From: Lytechinus pictus | Lineage: Eukaryota | Length of the DNA stretch: 64,000 nt | Assembly: GCF_037042905.1 (NCBI RefSeq) | Contig: NC_087245.1 | Coordinates: 13,890,001 to 13,954,000, forward strand | Direction of reading: 5' to 3' | Program-made: the position numbers and the translations under genes | The notes under the pieces: model-generated | The model's database searches: none | What the model was told of the DNA's origin: nothing | Seen by the model: only the letters and a program-made list of their open reading frames with translations | Part shown: in pieces, positions 26,078-39,273 of the stretch | How positions within the stretch are numbered: the stretch's first letter is position 1 | Layout of the letters: each line of letters begins with the position of its first letter

Positions 26078-27943
26078 TCGGTAGATTCAGGGGGTCGAGT
26101 AGCCCGGGCCCCCTATTGGCGGAGGATAAAGGGGGGAAGGAAGGGGGGAAAAGAAAAAGAAGGGGAAGACAAGTGAATAAAATAAGGTGAGGGGAAGACT
26201 TGGAAAATAAAATTTACAAATATTTCATGTCACTACATGTATATACAATTTTCGCTCACGCTTCGCGCTCGCATTGCATGTTTGAGGAGATACATCAGAT
26301 TCTTCCTCAATTATCGAGCTTTCATTATTTGTTTGATTTTCAAAAAGTGCTTTGTTAATGTCAAATTTATTGTGTCAGTATCCACTGACATCTTTTCAGC
26401 TCACGCTGCGCGCTCGCATTATTTAAATTGTCTATGACCTAATCTCATCGTGATTTCCATAAATTCTCAAAATATCCCTTTCAGCTTTGATTGTCAGAAC
26501 CTATCCGCCAGCGCTGCGCGCTCGCATTTTGATTGGTGAGTAATGTATAGCTCAATAATTAGCTCTATAGTAATAAGTAAATCTTTACAAACTATTTAAA
26601 ATCCCCTTTTCATGACATCGCGATTTGCGCTCGCATTAATTGTTTAAAATATATTAACCAATGCATCCTATTCATAATTACAAAATCGCATAAAATGCCC
26701 AGTTTTCAGGCCTTAGTATCAACAAATTTCAAGTTGCTATTAGGTCTATTAGATTGAATACAATAATGACATTTTCATGAATTCCTAATAATTAAATTGT
26801 CCCCTTTGTTCAGAGTGGAATATCTCGCGCTCAGGAAGAGAAATAGGAAGATAGTCATCATTTTCATATGATGACAAAATGTCCTTAAAATTTCCCGGTC
26901 CTAGGTCAAAATAATGATAATAAAAGTATCAGCTCGCGCTTCGCGCTCGCATCATTTATTAAGTGCGATCCATAGTATCCACTTCACAATTTTGATACAC
27001 AGTGCTTGAAGGGTTGCTTAAATTTACCTTTTTTTTTTAGATCGGAATACCAAATTTTTTCAGCTCGCGCTTCGCGCTCGCATTATTGATTTTTCATGAT
27101 AAAAATATATTTAGAATGCCCAGATATTAGGTATAAATCTAAAACACACGCATGCATGTTTATTGAGATACCCAGCTTGTTCTTTATTTAAAACATGCTT
27201 AAATTATCCAGTTTTAGATTAGAATATCAACAATTTTCTGCACGCGCTTTGCGCTCATTATAGGATACCCAATTACCCATCCTTTTCATGATTTACAAAA
27301 CATGAATAGAGTGCCAAGTTTTTAGGTCTATATCTCATTTTTTTCTGCTCGCACTTCGCGCTCGCATTGTTAGTTATATACATTGCGGCGGAAGCCAAAA
27401 AAATAAGGGTTAAAAATTTGACAAGCAAAAAAAAAAAAAAAAAAAGGTTATCAAAAAAAATTTCAGGGGGGGCACCAAAGTTTTTTGACAAGCAAAAAAA
27501 AAAAGTTATCAGCCTATATTAGGGGGACAGGACCACCCCCCCCCCCCGCTTCCGCCGCCTATCCTGTTCATGATTACAAAAAGTGCTTAGAATTTCATTT
27601 TTTTAGGTCGGAATATCAAATATTTTCTGCTCGTGCTCACTTTATTGTTGAAATATATATCGTCTTCATGGCTTGATTACTTAATACAAACGCATCTTGT
27701 TCAGGAGCACAAACATAGCACAGAATGTTAAATTTTCAGGACAAAATACATGAAATTTCCAAAAACAAATAGCTCGCGCTCGCACTATTTAAATAGCTAG
27801 GGCTAATGAGATTACTATGTATGCTGTTATATAGCTAAGAAGTGAGTGTTACGAATACCCCTTCGATCGAGGAAAATATGGATGAAATTCCACCCCCCCC
27901 CCCCCCCCCCCCCCCCTCTTGGCGAAAGATGGATCCGCCTCTG
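26078..27943. mobile_element. MITE-like repeat with degenerate CTCGCGCTTCGCGCTCGCA minisatellite; nested small MITE at 27381-27562
   Basis: Ends GGTAGATTCAGGGGG / GGATCCGCCTCTG; periodic motif 26255-27790; nested GCGGCGGAAGC..GCTTCCGCCGC element related to 59672-59951. Confidence 0.6.
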
Positions 27944-28808
27944 AATTTACATCCGCGCTCTGGACCGAAGAGCCGACCCAATGAACCTACACACAAACTA
28001 TACCTCCATGCACCATCTCAAGGAGCACTAGCAGGCACACACCATATCCCATCTCCCTGCATATACACTGAAATATCAGGGAGATGAAACCCCATCTCCA
28101 TGGTTAACACAATGATCAGCATGATGAGAGAGAATTGAGAGGAATGAGGGAATTCATTCTCTGACCATGGTCGCGCCGGGCAAAATAGCTACAAGTCGAC
28201 TAGTGAAGAGTCTACGTTTGTTTATCAGCTGGAACATCCGCATATCCGCAGAACATGAGCAAATGCAGCTGAGCTTTAATATTCGCCATGTGTGCTAACT
28301 GACTACGTGAATAGCCAAAGGACAAAGGAAAAGTAAGTGATAATTCGTGTGATATTACTATTAGACATGTAAGATTTATAAATTCATATCTTGTAAATTA
28401 GGAAATTCTGATCCTTCCTTCGCTGTGTCAGTGAACTCGCATCAAGGAGTCATCATTTCGAATTCGATATAGTTTTTACTGGTTTATATTGTACATGTCA
28501 ACATTATGCTCCAGTCCACCCTCCCCTTTACCCTTTATTTTTGAGATTCGTCTTTGACATACAACGGTAACGTAATTGTGTGCATACGAGTACACTACGT
28601 GTAGAGCGAAGAGTGCACAATGTACGTGAACGACGGCTGTCATATATATACGCACACCAGTCGTTTTATTCAGCTTGGCAAATCTGACGTACATGTATGT
28701 TCTTTTGGCTAATTTATAAAACGATGGCACTGTAAGAATCTAATCGGCAAGGATAGATCGGATGCTAATAAAGTTGAAAAGCAAGTCCTTTTGTTTTGGG
28801 ACGGGGGC

Positions 28809-29496
28809 AGGACCGTCGCTAAAGGGGGGCCGGGGTGTGACAACCCCCCCCCCCCACTACTCTGGATAACGTCGGTAAATCTACGCGCCCGTCGGGAAAA
28901 GAACATGAAAGAAAGGATGAGAGAGGGAAAAAGAAGAAAGAAAACGAGGAGAGAAGAAAAGGAAAGAGAAAGAAGGAAAGAAAAAAGGGAAAGAGAAAAA
29001 GAAATGCAGGGGCTGTTTGACCGACGCCTGTCGAAAAAATGATAAACTGACGGGTCACGCAAGAATGTTCAAACTGCCTCATCTACCGACAGTGGTTAGA
29101 ATGCCCCGATTTTAGGTCTAAATGGCCTATAAAATATAATATGTGAACACGCGCTCTAGACCGACAGTGATTAAAATGGCCCGGTTGTAGGTCTAAATAA
29201 CAAACGAACCAAAAAATCAGCTCGCGCTTTGTGCTCGCATTATTCATTTAGTGAGATCGGCGGTTGTCAGAAAAATGATTAACTGTCGTGTCACGCAGGA
29301 ATTTTCCAACTGCCTCATGTACCGACAGTAATTAGAATGTAAATATCGGGTCACACAGGATTGTTGCAACGGCATCTACCGACAGTGATTAGAATGTCCC
29401 GATTTTAGGTCTAAATCGCCTAAAAAGTGAACACGCGCTTTGTACTGACAGTGATTAAAATGGATCGATTGTAGGTCTAAATCGCCAAAAAAATTG
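28809..29496. repeat. Truncated MITE-like repeat with ACCGACAGTGATTAGAATG tandem units
   Basis: G/C-run terminus CAGGACCGTCGCTAAGGGGG, GA-rich tract, about five ACCGACAGTG repeats 29085-29460. Confidence 0.55.
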
Positions 29497-30018
29497 GTGG
29501 GGTCTGGGGCAAAGCCCCACTAGCTTATTTGCATAAAAGTTAGCAAGCTTATAGCACAATGTTGTATGCAGTTCATCTTTCTTCCCGCTCTTTAATTTCA
29601 ATCATCGGCAGCCCGGTCGTGTTTTAATTTTTTTTTCTTGTCCCTTTTCTTTGTTTTCCAATTTAACTTTTGACTAATTACATTCTACCTTCGTTTCCCT
29701 CTACAGTTTGCCATTTTGTTATCTTTTAATTTATTTCCCACCGTGCTATTGCATTACATATTTCGGAATGATTTGTTCTTTCTCAAATGTTCTTTTTTCG
29801 TACATTTTCCCGCTTTCCTTCCTTTTCCATTAAAAAAAAAGTTTTTTCGTCGTTTTATTTTCCCTTTTCCCTTTCCCTTTCCTTTTCCTCCTTTCCTTCC
29901 CCTTTCCCTTTCTTTCTCCCTCCTTTTTTTCTTTTTCCCGTTTTTCTTTTATTTTCCCGGTGAAATCCGCCAGGGGGGGCGGCTTGCCCCCCCTGCCCCC
30001 CCGCCTGTTACGCCACTG
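29497..30018. mobile_element. hAT-like MITE family C, terminal ~520 bp fragment
   Basis: Reverse complement of ~35734-36255, apparently identical including homopolymer lengths; ends TACGCCACTG. Confidence 0.9.
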
Positions 30019-30508
30019 CTGGTATTTCGCCATGTTGCGATAGACTGTTTGACGTGATGGACATCGCGTATTAGGAAAGCAGTTTCGAAAAACCATTGTC
30101 ACATTCTGTGTCCTGGCACATTCAGTGACCAGAAAGGCCCTTTCCTGCGGAGAAAATCGTGGCTGTGCCATGATGTCAGGAAACTCACAAATGTGTTGTG
30201 TAGCATTAGCTTCAACAGTGCTTGGCCTGATTTGAAATAACTCAATTATTATTACAAAGGGACTTCTTGCTTATTGTGCAGTGGAATCCAATTCAGGCTA
30301 GGCATTGTTGATGTTGGCGAAAATGGGTTTTCACCCAGACCCATTATTTTGTTCATATCCAATAAATTCCATACTGATTCCCCACACATGTGGTATCAAA
30401 TAAGACTGGAAGGGTTACTCTATCTGACACTGGTACAAGAATTATGATTTATTCTATTGTATTTCTAATATGGGCATGTAAGAAAGTAACATTTTTTCTG
30501 ACTCACTG
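30019..30508 (-). mobile_element. Truncated Tc1/mariner element: left TIR and transposase N-terminal HTH
   Basis: Minus strand TA|CAGTGAGTCAGAAAAAATGTTAC terminus; ORF from 30171 MAQPRFSPQERAFLV..FPNTRCPSRQTVYRNMAKYQ resembles Tc1/mariner N-terminal HTH; cut off by the hAT MITE. Confidence 0.7.
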
Positions 30509-30628
30509 TAGAGGAATAAACATATCTTTCACCACAAAAGGGATTTGAATCAGTAGATTAATACCATTTGGATTTAATAATTTCTGTCTCCATTTACATC
30601 CAGAATCAATGATCGCCATCCGTCATCA

Positions 30629-32272
30629 ATGTTACCCTTTGCGAAAGACAGAATGGATCATCGAAGCTTTCCAAATTTCCTTCAGATATATCTTCTGATT
30701 TGGGTGTGTGTAGAAGTTCATTCGGCCCATATCCTAATGTCGGGATTTGTCGGGAAAGGAAGCCATTTTCTTTGCCTCGTCCCGATCGGGAAAAGCCTGG
30801 TACGTCAAGGTCATAATGTTTCAATGCTCATCAGTGACGAATACATGGACAGGGCCAACGACCCCGAACTCAGAAAATTCTTCAATTTCGAGATCTACAA
30901 AAACACAGATCCGCAATATTCTACTAGGGAATATTTTCAACTAATGGAGGAGTTGGGCTACAGTGAAAAAGGAGACATGGTTTCTTTTTTCAAATCATTG
31001 TCCTCATTTAAAAAGATTCTAATAAAAACCTGCGAGTTTGTCATGGAAGATAAAGAAATGATGGATCGTTTTGCGACGTTAGACGCGATTGTGTCTGATA
31101 TTGGTTGGCCATGTTCTGGTCTGATCAAGTTATACCTGAAGAAATTTTATAATAACACCGGTGTTCGTCTTGTTTTGGACACACCTACCACTCCTAATAT
31201 AGCCATGTTAGATGCCTCAGGTTCTCATTTTAACGCAGCCTATCAGCCAGCTATTATGTCTGGCTTTACTTCCAATATGACCTTCATTGAAAGAACTATC
31301 AACGCACTGTCTGGATATAGTATGAGACTGTTCATCATGTTGGCGGGAAATGCGTTTTTTCCTCTCGCCGATAAATATGGGTTGCGAGATCAAACCCCCT
31401 CATTGGAATATTCCCAAGCGGCCATAGCTGATCTGAGCCTAGGGAGTTTCGACTTTGCAATCGAGTTTCCATTTCCGATATCTCCAAGTTTGATACCTGT
31501 GGGAGGTCTTACAGCTGAACCTCCGAAAGACCTTCCGCAAGACCTAGACGATTTCATCCAAAGTTCTGGAGATGACGGTGTAATAGTGTTCACCCTCGGT
31601 ACCTACTTTGCAAGTTTTGCGACTTCCAGACCTCACCTGTTAAAGATGTTCATCGATGCCTTGGCCAAGGTACCTCAGAAGGTCGTCGTGCAACTCAAGG
31701 TCATGCCCCAGTACGACCTTCCATCAAATATTAAAGCTTTACCATGGCTACCTCAGAATGACCTCCTTGGTCATCCCAAGACTCGGCTCTTCATATACCA
31801 CGGAGGCAACAACGGGTTCTATGAAGCTGTTTATCATGGCGTACCTACCATCGTTCTGCCGTTCTTTGGGGATCAACTGGACACTGCCTCCAGAATCACT
31901 TATCACGGTATGGGACTTAAACTTGACAAGATGATACTGAGCGTCGACTACATTTATAATCACGTGATTGAAGTTTTAGGAGACTATAAATACAGTGTAG
32001 CAGCCAAACGCCTTTCCGCCATCTTGAGAGATCGGCCAATGACCCCTGCTGATCGAGCTGCTTTCTGGATCCAACACGTGATCAAACATGGCGGCGACTA
32101 CCTACGAACTCCTGCTGATGATTTATCATTCATTCAGTACAATATGATTGATGTATATGCATTTCTTGTGGGTGTAGTTGTGACCATATTATTTGTATTT
32201 TACAAGATTACACGGTGCTTCGTTGCTTGCTGTATGGGAAAGAAAGGTAGTACTAAAGAGAAACGCCAGTGA
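30629..32272 (+). CDS. UDP-glucuronosyltransferase/UDP-glycosyltransferase (GT1, membrane-bound UGT), single coding exon
   Basis: 547 aa; signal peptide, GSH catalytic His, signature WLPQNDLLGHPKTRLFIYHGGNNGFYEAVYHGVPTIVLPFFGDQ, C-terminal TM and basic tail KEKRQ. The true start may be ATG 30653 (better Kozak context). Splice acceptor at 30602-30603. Confidence 0.96.
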   Translation: MLPFAKDRMDHRSFPNFLQIYLLIWVCVEVHSAHILMSGFVGKGSHFLCLVPIGKSLVRQGHNVSMLISDEYMDRANDPELRKFFNFEIYKNTDPQYSTREYFQLMEELGYSEKGDMVSFFKSLSSFKKILIKTCEFVMEDKEMMDRFATLDAIVSDIGWPCSGLIKLYLKKFYNNTGVRLVLDTPTTPNIAMLDASGSHFNAAYQPAIMSGFTSNMTFIERTINALSGYSMRLFIMLAGNAFFPLADKYGLRDQTPSLEYSQAAIADLSLGSFDFAIEFPFPISPSLIPVGGLTAEPPKDLPQDLDDFIQSSGDDGVIVFTLGTYFASFATSRPHLLKMFIDALAKVPQKVVVQLKVMPQYDLPSNIKALPWLPQNDLLGHPKTRLFIYHGGNNGFYEAVYHGVPTIVLPFFGDQLDTASRITYHGMGLKLDKMILSVDYIYNHVIEVLGDYKYSVAAKRLSAILRDRPMTPADRAAFWIQHVIKHGGDYLRTPADDLSFIQYNMIDVYAFLVGVVVTILFVFYKITRCFVACCMGKKGSTKEKRQ

Positions 32273-32929
32273 AAAAAAAGAAGCGATCGAATTACAAAAT
32301 TTAACACAAAATTGATATTTGCCAGATTAATTGTTAGGAGGGCAATGCGCTCAAAAATTTAATGTGACGTCATTATTTTTAAAATCTAATTTTGCGGTTA
32401 TTATAGAGTTATATAAAACCGACACCTGTCTTTTCATTGCCCTTCTTTCTTTTTCCATATTCCCCAATCTCTTTCACTACTTGTATGATCAAAGAGAGTG
32501 GTCACTCTCTTGCCTGATGTCTTCATTTCTCAGGATAACAACAATTAAATTATTAAAGCAGCTTCAGAACTTCCGAAGAGCTGCATTGTGGAAGACGGTT
32601 TATAATTTATCAATGAATAGAATGATCTATATACATATTCAGAGAATATGGTAGTGTTCTAATACAATTAGAAAATACAAGGTTGGAGCATTTCATTTAT
32701 TGTATGTATTTATATAATGAGAACATGGATTTTTGTATGAATCATAATACTATCAGTATCATCAATCTTATTTTACAACTTTTTTGTTCATATTGTCATT
32801 CATAATAAATCACCGTTTATCATTAAATTCGCTATTAATTATTTTAGGCCCCTATCTTAGTCTACAAACCTGGTACAATTTTGGGGAAAAATACCTGAAG
32901 TTACTGTGTCTTGTACGACCCATCGTTAA

Positions 32930-33513
32930 AGGAGAATGAAACTCTTGGAGCAAGTTAGCTTTTGTGAAAGCAGAAAAATCAAAGAATAAGATCAACAAAA
33001 GTTTGAGTAAAATAGGACTAGCAATAAAAGAGTTATGAGCATTTGAATGTCGAGATCACTAATGCTATGGAGATCCTCCCATTGGCAATGCAACCAAGAT
33101 CTGTGATGTCACAAATGAACAACTCTCCCCTTTTGGACGCTGAAAATATACCCCAAAACATCTCTTTTTGCTCATTCTAATCATATGACAAACGATTCAT
33201 CAATGATATAATGTTGTGAAACCTCTTTACTTGTCCTCTCATAAAGATAACACCTCACCTTGTGATAGACTCTTTAAAAGTGAGAATATAAGTGAAATAA
33301 GTACTAAAGTAATGAGGGAGTTGTACGTGTGTGACATCACAGATCTTGGTCGCATTGCCAATGGGAGGATCTACATGGCATTAGTGATCTCAATATTCAA
33401 ATGCTCATAACTTTCTTATTATTCATTCAATCTTCCTCAAACTTTCAACAATATGTTTCTTTGATTTTTCTCTTTGATATGGATTCAGCTGGTTTCAAGG
33501 GTTTCATTCTCCT
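32930..33513. mobile_element. TTAA-flanked MITE family A, intact 584 bp copy
   Basis: TTAA|AGGAGAATGAAAC...GTTTCATTCTCCT|TTAA, with internal quasi-palindromic arms. Confidence 0.92.
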
Positions 33514-33591
33514 TTAACAATTTCCCACCACTTCGCCTTAAACCGTCTGCAAATACCCTGCCCTCAAAATGAGCACAAAAATTGAAAAATA

Positions 33592-35295
33592 ACTAGAATT
33601 TTAATTCGTCATGAGGACGAATTAGGTGATCTGTCTCCGATTTCATGATCAGGAAGACAATCAGCATGTTTATTGAGATCAATATGATCATCATGATGAA
33701 AACTGAACTTCTCTTACGAAAAGAACGTGTTGAATACTCTTGAAAAAGAGGGAAATGAAAAAGTTGTGTGAAAAAGTGTAGGTCATACACATATTGTACA
33801 GGAACATTGTACATTAAAAGGGATTTTAATCTCGTTTATTGTCCAATGATCTATTTTATATACATTGTAATGGTCATAAAGGACCATTTGTGAAATGTCG
33901 AAAAGAAAAAAAAAGGAAACAAAATTATCATGTTCACCCCTGCCCGCTGGGCTCGAACCCTCGACCTTAAGGAAGCAAGTCTCATGCCTTACCCATTGAG
34001 CTACACACTTCCCATAGACTTTACACATAAGCAAAACAAGAGGATTTCAAATCCAATTTTGCAAGTGAAATACGGGCATGATCCCGGCATCTGATCGGAA
34101 AATGAAGACCACATTTGCGATAGCTTACAGTCTCAGCTACAACATACTCCAAGCTCAGAGAAAACCGACAAATAGGAATGGAGATATGGCTCGCGAAATA
34201 GAGGAATGTAAAATCCAGTTTTGAGAAAAAGTAATTTCCCATAGAGATTGCACACAAAATGAGCGAAAATGACATGTCTCTATAACTTGCCATTTTTTAG
34301 GATGATCCGTTCCTTTAAATGAAAATATAGCCATCGAATTGAAAAGAGTTTGTTCTCAGCTACAACATATTGAAAACTGATCGAAAATTGGCCAATATTT
34401 ACGGAGTTAAAGTCAAATATGCATAATTATGATGACGTCATAAGTAGCAAAATGGGAATTTTGCGTTCCGACGCCATTTTGATGACGTCATGATAAAATT
34501 TCGGGTCAAATGTGACATGAAATCATACCTCCCATTCATACTCTATTCGAATATGAAACAAAAATTGGGGGTCAACGGACTTCCTGAAGAGCTATAATGA
34601 ATTTTGTATAGGCATGTTTTTGCACATATATTGTCTATGGTTAGTGCGCGTGCGCGCTCGTGCTGTAAACTTTGATGGAGGCTAATTCCGTTATTACTTG
34701 TCGTAGAAAGTTGATCAAGGTATCAAATTGTTCAGAATTATATTATCGGTGCATTGATATAAAAAAAAATGGCGATCCTATGTTGCATAGTGCCGTTTCT
34801 CGCGAGAACGCGCGCGTAACCGTGCGCGCGCGCAAATTTTTGAAATGCTTAAAATGACCTGATTCATACTCTACTTTGGTCAAAAAGTGATTTTGAGCAT
34901 TTTAAAATTTTGACGCGCGCGTACGCGCACGTCGTGACCTTTACATGACCTTTGATGACATGGACAGTTGACCCTTGACCTGAAGTTAATGTGATGTAAA
35001 TATTGTTAATTTTTGATAATTGATAATGAAGATATGATTGATTATGTGATTTTACAAAATGGCGTCTAGATGACGTCATGATGACCTTTTGACCTTGAAC
35101 CTGTTTCATCCAGATGACATAGTAAGTCCCCATATCTGATGATATTTTGAAGATAATTGATAATGTAGATTTTGAGATTTTACGCTAACAAGAAAAGGGT
35201 GGAAAAATAAAAATTAAGAAAGAAATAAATAAATAAAAAAGAAAATTCGTACGAAATTAATAGTTTATCTGTCGATTGACAGATCACCTAAAAAA
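33592..35295 (-). mobile_element. Helentron-associated non-autonomous element (HINE/DINE-1-like)
   Basis: Subterminal IR TAGGTGATCTGTC (33623-33635) / GACAGATCACCTA (35278-35290); hairpin AATTCGTC-ATGAG-GACGAATT next to a CTAG end; hairpin ATCTGTC-GATT-GACAGAT at the other end; T-run insertion site, no TSD. Confidence 0.75.
33935..34011 (-). other. tRNA-like Pol III promoter remnant inside the Helentron-type element
   Basis: Minus strand TAGCTCAATGG (A box) and GGTTCGAGCCC (B box); acceptor stem does not pair. Confidence 0.6.
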
Positions 35296-35733
35296 CCCGA
35301 ACATTCTCCTCCACTGTCAGTTCTTAATTCATCAAATTGCCATTGTCCGTCCAAAACTCTGTAAGATGTTCTCTGACATCCTTTAACTTTACAACCTGAC
35401 CCAGTGGGTAGGGTGTCTCAATGTGGACACTATTTGCGTTTGTGCTTTGTTCAATATGCAACCCCATATATGTTATTTTTAGTTTTGAAATGATGCATTT
35501 TTTTGGTTAAATAAATAACTTTTTAGCTCTCGTTTATCAATTAGATTAAACATGAATGACTAAATAAATGAGTAAAACCCAATTACTTTTGCAGCTGTAT
35601 TTTTACATGTCTTACTCCAGTGGTTGGAATGCGCAGGCTCTATTTTAAACAACAATTCTTATTGGCCCATTATACATGTATGATGAAAGGAAATGCACAT
35701 TAATTTTAGAGGCAAATCAGACCTTATTCCATG

Positions 35734-37220
35734 CAGTGGCGTAACAGGCGGGGGGGCAGGGGGGGCAAGCCGCCCCCCCTGGCGGATTTCACCGGGAAAA
35801 TAAAAGAAAAACGGGAAAAAGAAAAAAAGGAGGGAGAAAGAAAGGGAAAGGGGAAGGAAAGGAGGAAAAGGAAAGGGAAAGGGAAAAGGGAAAATAAAAC
35901 GACGAAAAAACTTTTTTTTTAATGGAAAAGGAAGGAAAGCGGGAAAATGTACGAAAAAAGAACATTTGAGAAAGAACAAATCATTCCGAAATATGTAATG
36001 CAATAGCACGGTGGGAAATAAATTAAAAGATAACAAAATGGCAAACTGTAGAGGGAAACGAAGGTAGAATGTAATTAGTCAAAAGTTAAATTGGAAAACA
36101 AAGAAAAGGGACAAGAAAAAAAAATTAAAACACGACCGGGCTGCCGATGATTGAAATTAAAGAGCGGGAAGAAAGATGAACTGCATACAACATTGTGCTA
36201 TAAGCTTGCTAACTTTTATGCAAATAAGCTAGTGGGGCTTTGCCCCAGACCCCACGCAGTAGGGGCTCTTCATTTATAACTTTCAAATGGCTCTATAACG
36301 CCACCCGTTCAATCACATTCAAACACTGGCATACTGGCGCGGGGGGGGGGGGGGGGGGGTCTTGGTTCCACACCCAAGAGGAAATAAAAGAAATTATAGG
36401 AGACAACGTATAATGAAATGAATGGAAACAATGAAATGTGTTATTTGCCTCTGAATATAATGGAAAAATCTATCACATAATTATAATTTAATTTCAATAG
36501 GCAATTCTTTTTTTCCAGCTCGCTTTGCACGCTGGCGACTTTTTACAAGTTTTTCTCACATTGCTATGTTTTGCCCCCTCAAAGTATTTGGTTCATTACG
36601 CAACTGGGTTGAATAAATGTGTTGTGTAAAAGCTATATTCTGTATATGCCCGCGATTTGATTAAAATAGCGGCAATCTGCGAGGTTAAAATGGCTTTGAT
36701 ATCAAGAAGTCCTACAAACAAAAACAAAAAAGGTAGAAAGAAAAGCAAAGGAAAAGTGTAGGATATGATTTATTTACTGAATATAATGTAAAAAAATAGA
36801 TCAAAGTTAGATTCTCATGAAAAGGTGATTTTTTTCTCGCTCGCTTCGCTCGCTCGAGACTTATATAAAGCCGCTCTTTAGCACATGTGCTATACTGCGC
36901 CCCCCCTTTTTTTGTTCACAGTGGCATACAGACCACAAAAAAAGGAATCTAAAGAGAGAAAAGTAAAATATATTATTTTCTGGATATCATGTGAAAATCT
37001 ATCACAAAATTGGATTTTTGTATTTAAAAGGTCAAAATTTTTGCTCGCTCGCTTCGCTCGCTCGCAACTTTTTTTTAAAGATAAATTCTGCCCGATATGC
37101 AATATCTGGCCTTCTCAAATTAGTCGCCTTATTACACCATTACGCCTGTTCATAGCATGATATGACCGGGAAATTTTTGGCTCTTGCCCCCCCTGGCCAC
37201 CGACCCCTGTTACGCCGCTG
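35734..37220. mobile_element. hAT-like MITE family C, complete copy (1487 bp)
   Basis: TIR CAGTGGCGTAACAGG...CCTGTTACGCCGCTG; 8 bp TSD ATTCCATG (35726-35733, 37221-37228). Confidence 0.92.
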
Positions 37221-37895
37221 ATTCCATGAGCCACTTTTATTTCACCAACAGCAATGTCATTGTCATTGTTATATTTGATAAATTACCATTGTCAATTCAA
37301 TTGAGCCAATCAAAGTTCACTTCTAATGATTTTCAATTAATTACATGGTTTATTTCACTGGACGGTTTGTTCTTCACGGGCTTGTCGGAAGGAATTTTTA
37401 AGTTGAACGGTATGATTTGAAATTCATAAACAGCATAAATACCTCACTAAACAAAGAATGCCGGATGCGAAGCACAAGTCAATTTTTTCATATTCAGACC
37501 CGAAAACAAACATTTTTAAACACTTTTTTAAAGGCAATGTACAAACGAGATGTACGAACTGAAATTTTTAGGTATGTTGAACTGAAAATATAACTTTTTC
37601 AGAAAATTTTTGTAATCATGAGACATGTATCCGGATCATGTCTTATAATGATGCGAGCGCGATATATTGACCTGAAAGGCAATTTAAGCACATTTTTTTT
37701 AAACTGCAAACATGAAACATACATGTATATCTGAGACATTTATCGCAAAAATAGTTAATGCGAGCGCGAATCGCGAGCTGAATTATTGACCTGAGGGGGG
37801 AATTTGTATGAAATATTTGCATGAATCAGAAACTCATGTACATGATATGGATCCTTCTAAAACAATGCGAGGGGGAATCGCAAGCCTGAATACTA

Positions 37896-38478
37896 TACAC
37901 ACACTTGAAATTTAGGGCAAAATACTGTCCACTGTGTTGGGTAATGTTGGTAAAAAATATAGGTCTATATATTCTGGGCAATTATTATCCAATTGAACAA
38001 AATTTATTACCCAATATTTAGTTTTTATTACCCAATTTGGGCAGATTTTAACCAATAGTTATGATAATGTGGACATTATGTTGCCCAGGGTTGATTAAAA
38101 GTTGGGATTTTTTTGCGCAACTATTTTAAGAGTGTACTGTTTATTGTAATATGTGGTAATCGTGAACAGGATATACATGTATATCCCTGGGACAAGAATT
38201 TCAAAACACCGGCTGAGACATTTTGGTTTATTGACTAAAAACAATTATTGTAAGCATGAATACAGGATACAATTTGGTATACACTCTTGAAATAGTTGGG
38301 CAAAAAAAAGGCCTAACTTTTAACCAACCCTGGGCAACATACTATAAATTGGGTAATAAAAAACTAATAATTGGGTTATACATTTGCTCGATTGGATAAT
38401 GATTGCCCAGATTATTTCTTACCAACATACATTACCCAACACAGTGGACAGTATGTTGCCCAAAATGTTAAGTGTGTA
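37896..38478. mobile_element. Two inverted copies of a short CAC...GTG MITE (~37896-38136 and ~38280-38478)
   Basis: TA|CACACTT..AAGAGTG|TA and TA|CACTCTT..AAGTGTG|TA; shared ATACTGTCCACTGTGTTGGGTAATG in opposite orientations. Confidence 0.7.
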
Positions 38479-39273
38479 TAGGCCTAGAAATGGCGGAATG
38501 GCTGGTATATTAGCAGTATTAATGCGAAGAAGCGTAGCGACCGAAACAAAAATCACTGTCAACTATGACACTTGAAATTCTAAACCTTACGGGCCTATAT
38601 TACGTGATATTTTTGGTATAGCAATGTCAATGAAAGAGTGTTACTGAAATGTCGACCTCCACAGAATGGATGTAAGTTGTTTCCATACGAGGGAGCGTAG
38701 AGACCAAGCAAGAAATCTCCCAACGTCAAACTGTGGAGCTGCGCATTTTCATCCAACCATTTGGGAAAGCCGTAGTCCTCAAAATAAATATTTCCATCAC
38801 TTTTATGTGAGAAAGCATAGCGACCAAGCAAGTCTGTTTGCAAATACCAAAACCCAATCTGAGCATTATGGCGCATTAAAAATACTTTGCATTGCTTTGT
38901 AAAATTCTAGAAGAATGCATCTATCTGCCGATTCCAGTTTGTAGGATATTAACTAATTTAATTCTCGCAAATTCTTCTAGAGTCTATGTACAGTTTCTTT
39001 CGTATTCCGGATATTCATGATATTTGCCTAATTTTTTATCTTTTCCTTTTAATTTGTTTCTTTTCATTCCCATCTTTCTCATCCCCCACTTTCTTTCTCT
39101 CTCTCTATATATATATATTTATTATTCTATATATTCCAACCTCATTTTATTTCTTTTATTTTGATTTTATTAATCGGCAAACTGGTACGGTAATGCCATA
39201 CCACTCGTAGTTGCTCCTACAGGATTAGCCCTTCAATGAACCGAGCGGTACTATCCTCCACTCCCTTCCTTAA

